Both the position numbers and the translations under genes were made by a program. From positions 104,162,001-104,226,000 of the forward strand of contig CM059431.1 in assembly GCA_030390025.1 (NCBI GenBank): DNA of 64,000 nucleotides, given 5' to 3'. Positions 49,034 through 61,720 of the stretch are shown in pieces. The notes beneath the pieces were generated by a model. The model made no database searches. It was not told the DNA's origin and saw only the letters and a program-made list of their open reading frames with translations. The stretch comes from Squalus acanthias (lineage: Eukaryota). How positions within the stretch are numbered: the stretch's first letter is position 1; every line of letters begins with the position of its first letter.

Positions 49034-52000
49034 GGGCTGAATTTTGCCGGCGCTCAGAGGGCGGAATCGGAGGCGGGTCCGCTGTCAAAGTGGCAGTGAT
49101 TGACAGCGGGGCCGAAGTCCGCTCTGAGCCCGCCTCTTTGTTAATTTTCCAAGTGCCGGCTCCGCCTGTGGTTTGCAGACCCGGCACTAAGTGGCGGGTC
49201 AGGCAATTGAGATACTTAAGAAGCTGCTTAAAGGTAATAAAGCAGCATTTTACCAGGTCCTAACGATTTTTCCATGTTTTGTACGAGGTTCCCGGCACTC
49301 GGGGATCACGAAGGTAAGTGTGTCAGGTTCTCTATGACTCTCCATTGCTGTGAATCGTTGACAGCTGCAAAAGTGGTATAAAAGCTACCATTTCACAGCT
49401 GTTCAATTTCCAGTCTTAGAGGCTGGCGCCTTCAGGATTTGGAATACACTTTTCAGCTTTGTGGAGGTTTGAAATGTTTGGAGCAAACTCTCTATCCAGT
49501 GCCACCTCCTTGGAGCAACCTCTCTCACCATTGACAGATCGCTTCTGTCATCTCAACTTCACCTGCCATCTATTCCATCACCATCGGTGCCCTTCAAAAA
49601 TTCTCACCTTGGTCCTCAGAATCCCACCACGATCAGCCCCAACACCAACATCACCAGGTACACCAGCATCACCAACAACAACACCAACCTTCTCCGCAAT
49701 CACCTGATGCTGCACAGGACACAGGGCATCAGCACCTGCCCACATTGCTGCCTAGGAGGCCACGGATGGCCTCACCATGTCCAGATTTACTTCACTTGAC
49801 GCTGTACACCCTGGCTGCCACATGATGCGCCAGGTTGGCACCAGCCCACGCCAACACCATAAAGCATCCCTACAATTTACAAGCCATTCCTTTCACACTC
49901 ATCACCATTGGGGGGGGTGGCGGGGGGCGGGGGGGTACCATTATGTCTCACCATTCCATTTCAATTCAGTCAGCCACTTCCAAAGGTGCACACAAATCGG
50001 TCCAAGAAGGCAAAGTGTTGAAAATAAAGATTTCAATGTTTGACAACACATTAACAGAAACTTTACATGAACATTGATGATAACACCCAACTGCCTACCC
50101 TTGTGTGTTGTTAGTTGGTATGATTGGACAAGGATGAGGGTGAGTGTGAGGGGTGGCTAGTGAGATGGGGAAGTGATAATGTAGATAGAGAGGGATGGGT
50201 GGAGGTGCAAGGTAAGTTGGTGTGAGTAAGGATGTGCAGGAGTAGGGTAGGGAAGGCAGAGTGATGGGGATGTGATGAGTGGCACAGCAAGGTGAGTTTG
50301 AGTGTGGCTTTGCAGTAATGTTTCGTGATCTACTGAGATCATTGAAAGGTTTGCGCCATTGCAGCCTGGTCCTCCTGACGACATCCCTACTTGTGTCCTC
50401 CTGTGTAATGTGCAACCAGGCTTCGTTGGTGTCCTGGGGCGGTGTCTTCCCCCGATTGGAAGGGAAGAGAACCTCCCTGCGTGCTGTGACTCCCTCCATA
50501 AGCGTATGGAGGGAGTAATGGGAGAGCCTGGATGCAGCCGTGCACCTTTGTGCAGTGCTTGTCAGTGTTTGCAGCATCTCAGTGCTGTAGAACACTGACA
50601 GCAGAACTGTCAAAGTCAATTTGGCCGTGGTCCCTTTAAGGAAACCGGCTGATGGCACGTCATCAAATGATGTCATCAGATCCGCTTCCTATTAATTGGC
50701 CGGGAACATCTGTAGAATTCGCAAAATTATCACGATTTTATAAAATAAGAAGGAGACATATAGTTTCGTACAAACAGCTTTATTTCAGCAGAATGCTGTC
50801 AGGTTTTCAAAGTGGACACAAACAGCCTGTAAAATGGCCGCCACGCCTCATGGCAGAACGTTCTAGACTTTCAATGAGCAGACAAGATGGCGTTCCAATA
50901 AACATTTGTGCGAGATCGTACAGGACTCAGCACATTTGAGATAATTGACAAGACATGATGGGTTTGCATTTTATACATAAATACTGGAATCGGTCTCCCA
51001 GGTGCGAATAAGGGCTATTATACCGAGCGATCAAGAACCCATCCAAAGACATTAATATGCAAAATCCCCACGACTCTACGATGAGAGAGCCGTTTGCGGG
51101 TAGTTACAGAAAGCATTTGGAAGCCCCAAAACCCCTCCAGGGAGAATACTGACCGGTTCCACAATGGGAGAAGTATTAACGGGTACTCAGACAGTTACAA
51201 GTATCACCGAAACCCATTAAAAACGGAGATCACCCTATACAAGAAGTTTGAGCGCCAAAAACCTGACAAAAGATAGACATTAAGATTGGGCGGGAAAAGA
51301 GGAATTACAGCACTATAACTGTAAGGTACAACCGTCCATCTGTCTCTGGTTGCTCTTGCCTCTTGCCTCTTCGCCTGCTACTCTTGCTGCTGACTGCTGC
51401 CTCTGCCTCTTGCTGCTCTTGCTGTTTTGACTCGCTGGAAGACTATTGAACTTTTATTCTCTTGCCTGACGGCTCTGGACTCTGATCCGCTAGGATCAAC
51501 CTCGTGGCTTGCCGCGAAGATCTGTGTAGAACTGGGCTGTGAGGCCTTGAAACGGGCACACCATCCCGAGAAGTCGGTAAACGGTGTTGGAACCGAAGCC
51601 CCGAGAGGAGATGAGATGAGATGAGATGAGATGAGAAGAGAAGAAGACGGCAATACGTATCGCCACGGTCAGTAAGCCCCGACCGCGCCTGCAAGTCGAA
51701 TAAACACTTTCCTTGCCCAGGAAGACCATTCTTCGAATTTTATCGAACCGGTGTGAGGGCACAGGAAGACTCTTTTTTGAGTAGTGTCGGAACTCCGAGG
51801 ACAACACAGATCTTCATGACAGCAGACGGTCCAGCCTGCTACCCGGAGCAGAAACGAGTAAACAAGTGGGGTACAGAGACCCCTGATCAACACGTGGATA
51901 GACAGGTGCTGCGGGAAAAACATCCGAGCAGAGTTTTGGAATTCTCCGAGTTATCACGAGTGGTGAGCATGAGTCTCGATCCTACAAATCTAGTTTAGGA

Positions 52001-52531
52001 CAGGTATTGATAGGGGAGGGTTTGAGTTTTAAGGATAATTGTAATGTGTGCCCCCTTTTACGATGTGTCATGCGCTCCTCGTTTCCCTAAAATTAGTTAC
52101 ATAACTGTGTGTAAGATTGTACTGTCATTAATCTGTGCTTATGACATGTATCTCGTAATCTTGAATAATATGCAATAAAGATTTTCCATTTCGCACTATT
52201 CAACCGGGTCTACCTGAGTTTTCTCTGCATTATTGCTCTCGCACCTAAGTCCAGTGTCAGAACCGTAAGGGCGAGTGGGTCGAACCACTCACAGGTGTCT
52301 AGTGTTACCAGGCTGGCTGGAGACCAGAACAAGCAACAAGGCCTAACCTCGCACTAGCACCCAGGCTAAGCACAGAGCCGCAGGTCACCCCTTACACATC
52401 GCAGTGCGGGCTTAACAAGCCCCAGCAAGGGAAAATCTTGTTGGAGGCGGGGATCGAGACAGATGCGGGATCCCCACCCGCCACGAACGTCGCCCACCCC
52501 GGGCCCGCCGAGGTTCGGGAAAATCCAGGCC
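49034..52531 (-). mobile_element. Non-autonomous Harbinger family B with nested solo LTR
   Basis: TIRs GGGCTGAATTTT / AAAATCCAGGCC; Myb remnant ~50330-50560; sequence resumes after the LTR at 52401. Confidence 0.85.
50711..52396 (+). mobile_element. Solo LTR (1686 bp), ERV- or Gypsy-like
   Basis: TGTAG...TTACA ends; 4-bp TSD CATC (50707-50710 / 52397-52400); ATTGG/GGGCGG then TATAA at 51314; AATAAA at 52174. Confidence 0.88.
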
Positions 52532-52721
52532 TCAGTCTGGAGATTGCTGTTGGCTGTTGCTATTCCGGTCTTAACTCTGGGTTGCTGAAAGGTTGCCCGA
52601 GTATCACAGTCTATTACTGTACTCACAGTTTAGCTGTTTTCAATCTGTGGGCTACCTCTTTTGCACCGTGGACCAGTTAACGAAAAGGGAAGACACATGA
52701 AGTCCTCTTAATCGGCTCTCA

Positions 52722-52885
52722 ACTGGAATTCCCTCCCTAAACCTATCTGCCTCTCTATCTCTCTCGGCTCCTTTAAGATGCTCCTTTAAATCCTACCTCT
52801 TTGACCAAGCTTTTGATCAGCTGTCCTAATATCTCCTTATGTGGCTCGGTGTCAAATTTTGTTTGATAATCGCTCCTGCGAAGCG
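52722..52885 (+). mobile_element. L2 3' fragment
   Basis: Homologous to 48290-48460. Confidence 0.8.
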
Positions 52886-53012
52886 CCGTGGGACGTTTTC
52901 CTACAGTTAAGCACCCGATGTCGCACTGGGAGAGAAAATTGCTGTAGAATTGGGCATTACAGAGTTTGGAATGTCAGTTTGACAGGTCAGGTGCTGCCAG
53001 AAGGAAGATATT

Positions 53013-53672
53013 GGGCCGGATTTTCCGAACCTCACAGATGCGTACGAGGCGCGAAGCGCATGCACTAAAACCCGGCACTTGCGATCTGTCAAGAATCCTT
53101 TTGACAGAAGGGCCTCCGCGGGGGGGAGAGTTCCGCTTTCTGCACAACCTCCGCCCGCTGAAAACCTTTCAAAATCTTACGCCCGGTAAAAGCAAAAAAT
53201 AAATTTTTTTCACTCATTTATAATTTTAAAATACTTTTAAAAAAGGTAAGTTTATTTTTAGCCCCTAAAAAACTTGAATTATTTTTTTCAAAAAATTAGA
53301 TATTGGTTTAAAATATTTAATTTAATGTAATTTTAACAAATTTTAAATACGTGATTTAAAAAAAATAATTAATGTTTTAGTGTGTTTTTTGAGTGATCCC
53401 CATTCATACTTTTGACAGATCTGTGCGTAGAGACCTGTCAAAAGTGTGAAGGGGGATTCACTTCTTTGATTGGTTCCCCATGGTCCACGTGATCCCAGGG
53501 ACGCTCGCGAACCGCCTGCGCCCGCTGGGATACCTGGGCCTCTGCGCATTTCGTAGAGCAGAGGCCCAGGATCGGAAGTCTTGGGACCTATGGAGCCAGC
53601 GGGTAAGTGCGTAGATTTTTTCCGATCGGAGGCATCCGCTCGCAGGAAGCCTCCGATCGGAAAATCCGGCCC
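53013..53672. mobile_element. Non-autonomous Harbinger-like MITE family D
   Basis: Perfect TIRs GGGCCGGATTTTCCGA / TCGGAAAATCCGGCCC; att/aat flanks. Confidence 0.88.
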
Positions 53673-53703
53673 AATATGTAACTTGACCTTTCAGTATATA
53701 ATT

Positions 53704-54168
53704 TTCACCAGAATGATACCGGGGTTAAAAGGGTTAAATGTGAGAACAGGTTGCATAGATGAGGTTTGTATTCCCTTGAGTATAGAAGATTAAGGGGTGA
53801 TCTAATTGAAGTGTTTAAGATGATTAAAAGAGTTGATAGGGTAGATAGAGAGAAACTATTGTCTCTAGTGGGGGGAATCCAGAACAAGGGGGCATAACCT
53901 TAAAATTAGAGCTAGATCGTTCAGGGGTGATGTCAGGAAGCACTTCTTCACACAAAGGGTGGTGGAAATCTGGAACTCTCTCCCCCAAAAAGCTGTTGAG
54001 GCTGGGGGACAATTGAAAATTTCAAAACTGAGATCGCTAGATGTTTGTTTGGCAAGGGTATTAGGGTTGTGGAACCAAGGCGGGTAGATGGAGCTAAGAT
54101 ACAAATCAGCCATGATCTAATTGATTAGCAGAACAAGCTTGAGGGACTGAATGGCCTCCTCCTGTTCC
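53704..54168 (+). mobile_element. CR1 LINE 3' fragment
   Basis: ttcaccagaatgatacc..aagattaaggggtgatctaattga..cttcttcacacaaagggtggtggaaatctggaactc. Confidence 0.85.
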
Positions 54169-54516
54169 TTTGCGGAGTTGAGGCCTAGCTGTGCATACTC
54201 ACTGGCCTCGAGCGATGGTCAGCTGCTTCCCATTCAGAAAATGGTGGTGGAACAAGTGATTTTTCAATCATTCGATATTGAAAGGTAGCCCTCCTGTACT
54301 GACAAGAGTTTCTGAAGTTAGTTACAAAGCAGAGGTGAATAGTAATGCTGGGAATGTACACCAGGCCAATGAGCATCTGAAAGACAAGCATAGGTTAAAC
54401 ATCATGGCTGGCTTGTTATCCCTTTGCAATTTGTTCTGTTTGTATTTAAGCTGAAAAGCAAGCTTTGAGCTTGGTGAGAAGCAAAACAAAATGGGAGTAC
54501 CTCCTCAAAGTGATAA

Positions 54517-54617
54517 TAAGAACATAAGAACATAAGAAATAGGAGCAGGAGTAGGCCAATTGGCCCCTCGAGCCTGCTGCGCCATTCAATAAGATCATGG
54601 CTGATCTGATCCTAACC
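54517..54617 (-). mobile_element. CR1 3' tail
   Basis: (aagaacat)n aaataggagcaggagtaggcc. Confidence 0.8.
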
Positions 54618-54944
54618 GCCAATCTACTATCACAGAACCATCTCCTGAACCTAACAGAATTGGACACACAAAATAGGAGCAGGATCAGGCTACACGGCCC
54701 CTGGGCCCACTACGCTACCCACAGGGCCTTGACCGATCCGAACCTAGACTCATGATCTTGGTTACATTAATACAAGTCTGCCTCAACACCTTGATTCGTT
54801 CCCCTCTTGCCCCAGAGTAAATTAACTTGTGTCGACAAACTAGCCAGAAACTAATATCTAACTTGTAGATACCAACACATTTATAGCAGTTTGTCATTCA
54901 ACATCACTATCATTACAGTGCGGGACCTACACTTCTCCGCTTTG

Positions 54945-55133
54945 CTACCCCTCTCTCTCTCCTCCTTTAAGATGCTCTTTAAAACATATCTCAATGACCA
55001 AGCTTCTGGACATCTGCCCTAATATCTCCTTATGTGGCTCAACATCAAGTTTTGTTTGATAACTCTCCTCTGAAGTGCCTTGGGAAGTTTTGCTACGTTA
55101 AAGGCGCTATATAAATACAAGTTGTTGTTGTTG
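54945..55133 (+). mobile_element. L2 3' end
   Basis: aaaggcgctatataaatacaag(ttg)n. Confidence 0.82.
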
Positions 55134-55245
55134 GACGGTGAGAGCAGATTTGGCTATCCATTCAATATTGATGGCTGAGCGACTGTTCTAAGGCAATTAA
55201 ACCAAAGAGCAAAAAGTGTGCCCCGATTGTAGAGGCTCCTTCTTC

Positions 55246-55930
55246 CTTGTCCATGATTTGGACCAAGGCTATAATGAGGTCGGGAGCCGAGTGGTCTTGG
55301 TGGAACCCAAACTGAGCAGGTTATTGGTAAGTGCCGCTTGATAGCACTGTCGACGACAGCTTCCATCACTTTGCTGATGATTGAGAGTAGACTGATGGGG
55401 CGGTAATTGGCCGGATTGGATTTGTCCTACTTTTTGTGGACAGGACATACCTGGGCAGTTTTCCACATTGTCGGATAGATGCCAGTGTTGTAGCTGTACT
55501 GGAACAGCTTGGCTAGAGGCGCTGCTAGTTCTGGAGCACAAGTCTTCAGCACGATAGCCGGGATGCTGTCGGGGCCCATAGCCTTTTCTTGATATCACGT
55601 GGAGTGAATCGAATTGGCTGAAGACTGGCTTCTGTGATGGTGGGGACCTCAGGAGTAGGCCGATATGGATCATCCACTTGGCATTTCTGGCTGAAGATGG
55701 TTGCAAACGCTTCAGCCTTACCTTTTGGACTCATGTGCTGGGCTCCACCATCATTGAGATGGGGATACTCATGGAGCCTCCTCCTCCCGTTAGTTGTTTA
55801 ATGGTCTACCACCATTCATGATCGGATGTGGTTGGACTGCAGAGCTTTGATCTGATCCGTTGATTGTGGGATTGCTTAGCTATGTCAAAAGCATGCTGCT
55901 TCCGCTGTTTAGCAAGCATGTAGTCCTGTG
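55246..55930 (-). mobile_element. Internal fragment of LINE family 2
   Basis: Inverted homologue of 18435-19370 that lacks the Penelope insertion (EVPTITEASLQPIRFTPRDIKKRL). Confidence 0.88.
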
Positions 55931-55944
55931 TTTATGTGTTTTTA

Positions 55945-56400
55945 AGAAAGAAAGACTTGCATTTATATAGCGTTTTTCATGACCTCAGGACGTCCCAAAG
56001 CGTTTTACAGCCAATGAAGTACTTTTGAAGTGTAGTCACTGTTGTAATGTAGGAAACACAGGCAGACAATTTGCACACAGCAAGCTCCCACAAACAGCAA
56101 TGTGATAGTGACCAGATCATCTGTTTTTCGTGATAAATATTGGCCATGACACCAGGGATAACTCCCCTGCTCTTTTGAAATAGTGCCATGGGATCTTTTG
56201 AGTCCACCTGAGAGAGCAGACGGGGTCTCGGTTTAGTGTTTCATCGGAAAGACAGCACCTCTGACAGTGCAGCACTCCCTCAGCACTGCACTGGAATGTC
56301 GGCCTAGATTTTTGTGCTCAAGTCTCTGGAGTGGGACTTAGAACCCACAACCTTCTGGCTCAGAGACGAGAGTGCTGCCCACTGAGCCACGGCTGACACA
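55945..56400 (-). mobile_element. Full-length Deu-domain SINE
   Basis: Colinear with the other copies. Confidence 0.9.
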
Positions 56401-56884
56401 ATTGAAAGCAATCAACAAAAAACATGATTAATATAGGCGGCAAATTCTGGAAGGAATGTCTCATTATTCAAGTTAGGAGAGTAATTCTGATTAAAAGTCC
56501 CAAATTTTAAGCCGAATCTTTTCGTAACATTAAGTACTGTTGCAGAGATAGTTGGTAAAGATGGAAAGATGCAAATTATTTTAATATTTGCGAAATGTTT
56601 TTATGCCTTAGGAACAAAATAAAGAGTTACCGCGGACTATGTGGAATATAAATCACTGTTTCCGGAATTCAAAAGAAGCTGCCAGGCAGACAAATATCTG
56701 AACAAATCACATCACCTATTTATTTTGAATTGTGTGACTTGGTTCCTTTCTTTAGCAAGTTGTCCAAAGACTTCCAAATAGATCTCAAAGATTGGTTTTA
56801 ATTGAGGCTGGGATAGAATATCTATGAGTGTAATTTGTTTTACACCCGGTGTGGGCCATGAGTGAATTAGAGGAGCCACTGCCA

Positions 56885-57147
56885 AACTATATATATATAA
56901 AACACCTTTAACATAGTAAAACGTCCAAGGCACTTCACAGGAGCGATTATCAGACAAAATTCGACACTGAACCACATAAGGAGATATTAGGACAGGCGAC
57001 CAAAAGCTTGGTCAAAGAGGTAGGTTTTAAGGAGCGTCTTAAAGGAGGAGAGAGAGAGGCGGAGAGGTTTAGGGAGGAATTCCAGAGCTTAGGGCCCAGG
57101 CAGCTGAAGGCACGGCCACCAATGGTGGAGCGATGGAAATCGCCCAT
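56885..57147 (-). mobile_element. L2 3' fragment
   Basis: HRSTIGGRAFSCLGPKLWNS. Confidence 0.82.
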
Positions 57148-57713
57148 GCCTCAAACTGCTGCTGTGGTGCGAGGCTGAAATCAGAATAAGTTCCACCCCC
57201 TCTCAATCAGAATCTGTTGTGCCCTGATCAGTGGGGTGGAACCCCATCAGATCCAGGTTCCACTCTGAATTCCGATACTTCCATCTCCAGTTCTCCATAG
57301 AAGGAGCAACATCTCTGCTCTGTTTTATATGTTTTCTATTACATATTTGATACAAAACTTGATAAAAGGAAATAAAGGAGATGTCGGATTTTTGGGAGGC
57401 CTTAGACTAACTATTACTTGTCTAGAAATTATTACTGGTGTTATTAATGGTTGAACGCTTAATGCATAACATAGCTCTGTCTGCTAATGTAACCTAGGTG
57501 TTAACCCCTTTATTGTAAGTTAGACAGACATCTCTGCTAAAATAGTGAAGAAACACTTATCATACAGATGCTAATATCGGCAACATTCGGAACTTCCTTC
57601 CCAAATCCCTCAGTCTTACCTTTATGCGTTCAAAAGTCTACTGAAGACTTTACTCTTCAATTGCTTTTTTTTTTGGCCCTTGCTCTAACTCTGTTCTGCA
57701 TGTTCTTTGTCAC

Positions 57714-58182
57714 AGTGTCAGCTGTGGCTCAGTGGGTAGCACACTCGCTTCTGAGTCAGAAAGTTGCGTTCAAGCCCCACTCCAGGGACTTGAGCACATA
57801 AAGCTAGGCTGATACTCCCAGTGCAGTACTGAGGGAGTGATGGACTGTCGGAGGTGCTGTCTTTTGGATGAGACGTTAAACCGAGGCCCCGTCTGCTCTC
57901 TCAGGTGGATGTAAAAGGTTCCAAGGCACTATTTTGAAGAAGAGCAGGGGAGTTATCCCCGGTGTCTGGCCAATATTTATCCCTCAACCAACATAACAAA
58001 AACAGATATCTGGTCATTATCACATTGCTGTTTGTGGGAGCTTGCTGTGTGCAAATTGACTGCCGCGTTTCCTACATTATAACAGTGACTACACTCCAAA
58101 AGTACTTCATTGGCTGTAAAGCGCTTTGAGACGTCTGGTGGTCATGAAAGGCGCTATAGAAATGCAAGTCTTTCTTTCTTTC
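57714..58182 (+). mobile_element. Full-length Deu-domain SINE (SacSINE1-like)
   Basis: tggctcagtgggtagc A box, gttcaagcc B box, Deu core ggaggtgctgtcttttggatgagacgttaaaccgaggccccg, L2-like tail (tttc)n. Confidence 0.92.
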
Positions 58183-58999
58183 TCTCCTGCTCAATGTTCA
58201 TTTCCTTGCCCTCTCTGTAAAGCACTCTGTGAAGTGTTTCTGACACGAGGAGCACTATATGAACTAAAATTGTGTACAGCCAGTGTCTGAGTAGAAATTT
58301 GAAGAATGCTAAATTCAATACTTTGGTGTTGATAATGTTCACTGGCTTCTGAGTGGAAATGCGCTTCCACAGATAGTCCTATTGATTTATTTGAAAGTAA
58401 TTTTCCAATGATAAATGACATTCGTGATCTGTGTCTTTTCTTCCTGCCATCTGGCAACACTAGAATGTTGATACTTCTGAACATCACCATCTAGCACAGC
58501 AAACACACTTCTGCCAACACCTTCAGTTCTACAGACTGTTTGTGAGATAAATGGATCTGTTCCAATAATTTGACAGTTGATCTCACTGTCGGGCAATCAC
58601 AACTTGACAGCTTTGCATGAAGCTGGCCAGACTTAATGCCTATGTGTAGCATGAAATCAATAGTTAATATCAATAGGTATTTTCTGGAAGATCTGTAAAA
58701 ATTTCTACCGCTGTGTGCAAGTAAGCAGATAGCTGGAGTAGATCTTACTGGCGAGTAAACAATTCTAACTCCAAATAAGTTAGGTTCAAAGCATGGGTCC
58801 AATTCCGCCCAGTTTGTATTTGCGACGGGTTGTCATTTTGGAGAGGCCAAGAAGTTTTACATGTGAATATTCACGTGATGAGTTCCTGTTTTTGGTTGCA
58901 TAAAGTTAGCAGATTCCGTGATAAAACTGGGCACTTTTCACAGGGAGAAAAGGAAAACTTGCTCACGAGCCTCAGTTGAATGTGGAGCAGCGTTTTACG

Positions 59000-59248
59000 A
59001 ACATACAATATTGCTGGGAGGGAAAAAAAATCGGCTGGTCCATCAAGCCATAGCTGGAGCACCATGACTAGCCACTTCCTGCCTCCACCTCCACCCCCCG
59101 CCGCTCCCCCCCCTACTCCCAGCCATGTAATCTCCTGGGGGAGGCAAAAAGAAAAATACAGAGAGAAAACCCAGGGCCAATAAAGGAAAAAATAATCTGG
59201 AAAATTCCTCTCCAACCCCCTCAGGCGATCGAAACCAATCCAGGAGAT
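59000..59248 (-). mobile_element. Probable CR1-like 3'UTR fragment
   Basis: ggaaaattcctctcc.accccctcaggcgatcgaaacc..tccaggagat resembles recalled CR1 3'UTRs; not verified. Confidence 0.45.
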
Positions 59249-59914
59249 TCTGTAGACATGGGTGGAGTCTCCTGCTTGCTTTCTTGGCTGAGAAGTGATA
59301 TGCGCTACGATAGGCTCAGAAAAGAGAGGAAAACATGCATTACAAGAATGGCACAGTGGGACGCTTTTACCCGTGTGTTTCTTCCGCACACGTGCCGCAC
59401 TATTTTCAAAGCTGACATGGATTTCTTCACCGGCTGGTGTGACTTTGAATGGAAGGAAGGGAATGACAACAACAAACAGATGGTTCTTTGTTTTTTTTCC
59501 TTTAGTTTATTATTTCCAGTCTATGTTCTCTGGTGGCAATGCGAAAGGGAAATGGAGGTCTATGTTTTCTGGTGATAATAAGAGCATCTTCATTGGGGTC
59601 ACTTAGCTCCTTAGGTCTCTAGTGGTGGGTGGACTAGATCCAGATTCCCTCATTTTAGTGGCCAGGATCTATGCTTGAATTACCTGGCAAGCTAAGAATG
59701 GGAGGTGCATTATTTCCCTGTGGGTTGTGTGGTGAGATTGTTTTTTGTGTTCTGTGATGATTTGTTTTAAGGTTGACCTTTTCTCTGTTCCTCTCCCATC
59801 TTGTTTTTCTGTAATTTTGTATTCAAATTAAAACAAATAAAATTTCAGTTAATTCAGAGCCAGGTCTAAAAATGCATTCATACTACAATTGTAGCTTCGC
59901 TGTTAAGTGGTTTT

Positions 59915-60120
59915 TATCTCAAAGGGGGCTGGAATGCAAAGGAGGGGAAGTGATGCTCCAGTTGTATAAAGCTCTGGTTAGACCTAGCTGGTGTACTACG
60001 TTCAGTTCTGGGCACCGCACCTTAGGAAGGTTATATTGGCCTTGGAGGGGGTGCAATGCAGATTTACCAGAATGATACCGGGGCTAAAAAGGTTAAATTG
60101 TAAGAGCAGGTTGCATAGAT
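59915..60120 (+). mobile_element. CR1 internal fragment
   Basis: EVMLQLYKALVRP / YYVQFWAPHLRKVILALEGVQCRFTRMIPGL. Confidence 0.82.
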
Positions 60121-60585
60121 TAGGTATAGACTTGAGTATAGAAGCCTCTTCTATATCTCTCCCAATTTTTATTTCCAATTGGGAGAGTCGTAAAATTCGC
60201 TATCATCTGTTTCACAATATCGCACAAAGTTAAAATTACTCCCATTATATCATTTGCACATGACCTGGTAGTGATAAAAATAATGTGCTGTCCTTTCTGA
60301 TACTCCCAAACTAAAACAGGCTGCCGATTCGCTACCACCCATTTTACAATATCACACAAAGTCAAAATTAACCCCATTGTCTCCACTGTAAATCCTGGTC
60401 TATGCCAGGAAGATTAAAGCCTCCTCTGATTACAACTTAGGCTCCAGCACTAATCTTATTTTAATGACCTCCCACAGCAGTACATCTCTATCTGCAACTT
60501 GTTCCTACCATTAACTTTTCCTCTTTCCATCTTCCAGATCTACCTAATGAGACTGTGCCAATTCCAGCTCCTTCCTCTCAGCAAT

Positions 60586-61527
60586 GAACATAAGAACATA
60601 AGAAATAGGAGCAGGAGTAGACCATTTGGCCCCTCGAGCCTGCTCCACCATTCAATAAGACCGTGGATGATCTTCAACCTCAACTCCACCTTCCCGCACT
60701 ATCCTCATATCCCTTGATTCCCTTAGTATTCAAAAATCTATCGATCTTTGTCTTGAATATACTCAACGACTGAGCATCCACAGCCTTCTGGGGTAGAGAA
60801 TTCCAAAGATTCACAACCCTCTGAGTGAAGAAATATCTCCTCATCTCAGTCCTAAATGGCCAACCCCATATCCTGAGACTGTGACCCCTGGTTCTAGACT
60901 CCCCAGCCAGGGGAAACATCCTCCCAGCATCTACCCCGTCAAGCCCTTTAAGAATTTTATATATTTCAATGAGATCACCTCTCATTCTTTTAAACTCTAG
61001 GAAATATAGGCCTAGTCTGCTTAGTCTCTCCTCATAGGATAATCCCCCCATCCCAGGAATCATTCTGGTGAATCTTTGTTGCACTCCCTCTGTGGCAAGT
61101 ATATCCTTCCTTAGGTAACGAGACCAAAACTGTACACAATACTCCAGGTGTGGTCTCACCAGGGCCCTATATAATTGCAGTAAGACGTCTTTACTCTTAT
61201 ACTCAAATCCTCTTGTAATAAAGGCCAACATACCATTTGCTTTCCTAATTGCTTGCTGTATCTGCATGTTAACTTTCAGTGATTCCTGTACAAGGACAGC
61301 CAGGTCCCTCTGAACACCAACATTTCCCAATCTCTCACCTTTTAAAAAATACTCTGCTTTTCTATTTTTCCAACCGAAGTGGATAATTTCACATTTCTCC
61401 ACATTATATTCTATCTGCCATGTTCTTGCCCACTCACTTAACCTCTCTATATCCCCTTGCAGCCTCTTTGCGTCCTCCACACAACTTATTTTCCCACCTA
61501 GCTTTGTATCATCAGCAAACTTGGATA
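60586..61527 (-). mobile_element. CR1 LINE 3' portion
   Basis: SKFADDTKL, then ORF 60680-61480 to the natural stop; (ttcttatg)n tail. Confidence 0.93.
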
Positions 61528-61534
61528 TGTATCG

Positions 61535-61680
61535 GCCTCCCCTGATAAAACAGTGCCACCCACCTCTTCCCTTTCTTTTTCTATCCTTCCTGAATCACAC
61601 ATAGCCGTACAGAAATGGTCAGCACTTTCCCCATTCCTTTAGCCAGTTTGCAGTAACTTCTAACACATCCATCAGCTCAC
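61535..61680 (-). pseudogene. Old LINE APE endonuclease N-terminal remnant
   Basis: Minus strand DVLEVTANWLKE...GYV*FRKDRKRKGRGG resembles the CR1 EN motif DIIAITETWL..GY..FRKDR..RGGGV. Confidence 0.5.
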
Positions 61681-61720
61681 TATTTACCATCACTAACCTA
61701 TTTTATTTGTTGTGCTCTTT

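Noticed and set aside
12205..52396. One giant element bounded by the two 1.7-kb repeats
   Set aside because: The copies are inverted and diverged, one has its own TSD inside another element, and there is no gag/pol between them
57714..57790. tRNA gene
   Set aside because: It is the tRNA-derived head of a SINE and continues into the Deu domain
58191..59606. Several ORFs of 70-170 aa
   Set aside because: No motifs or coherent exon structure; partly repeat-derived
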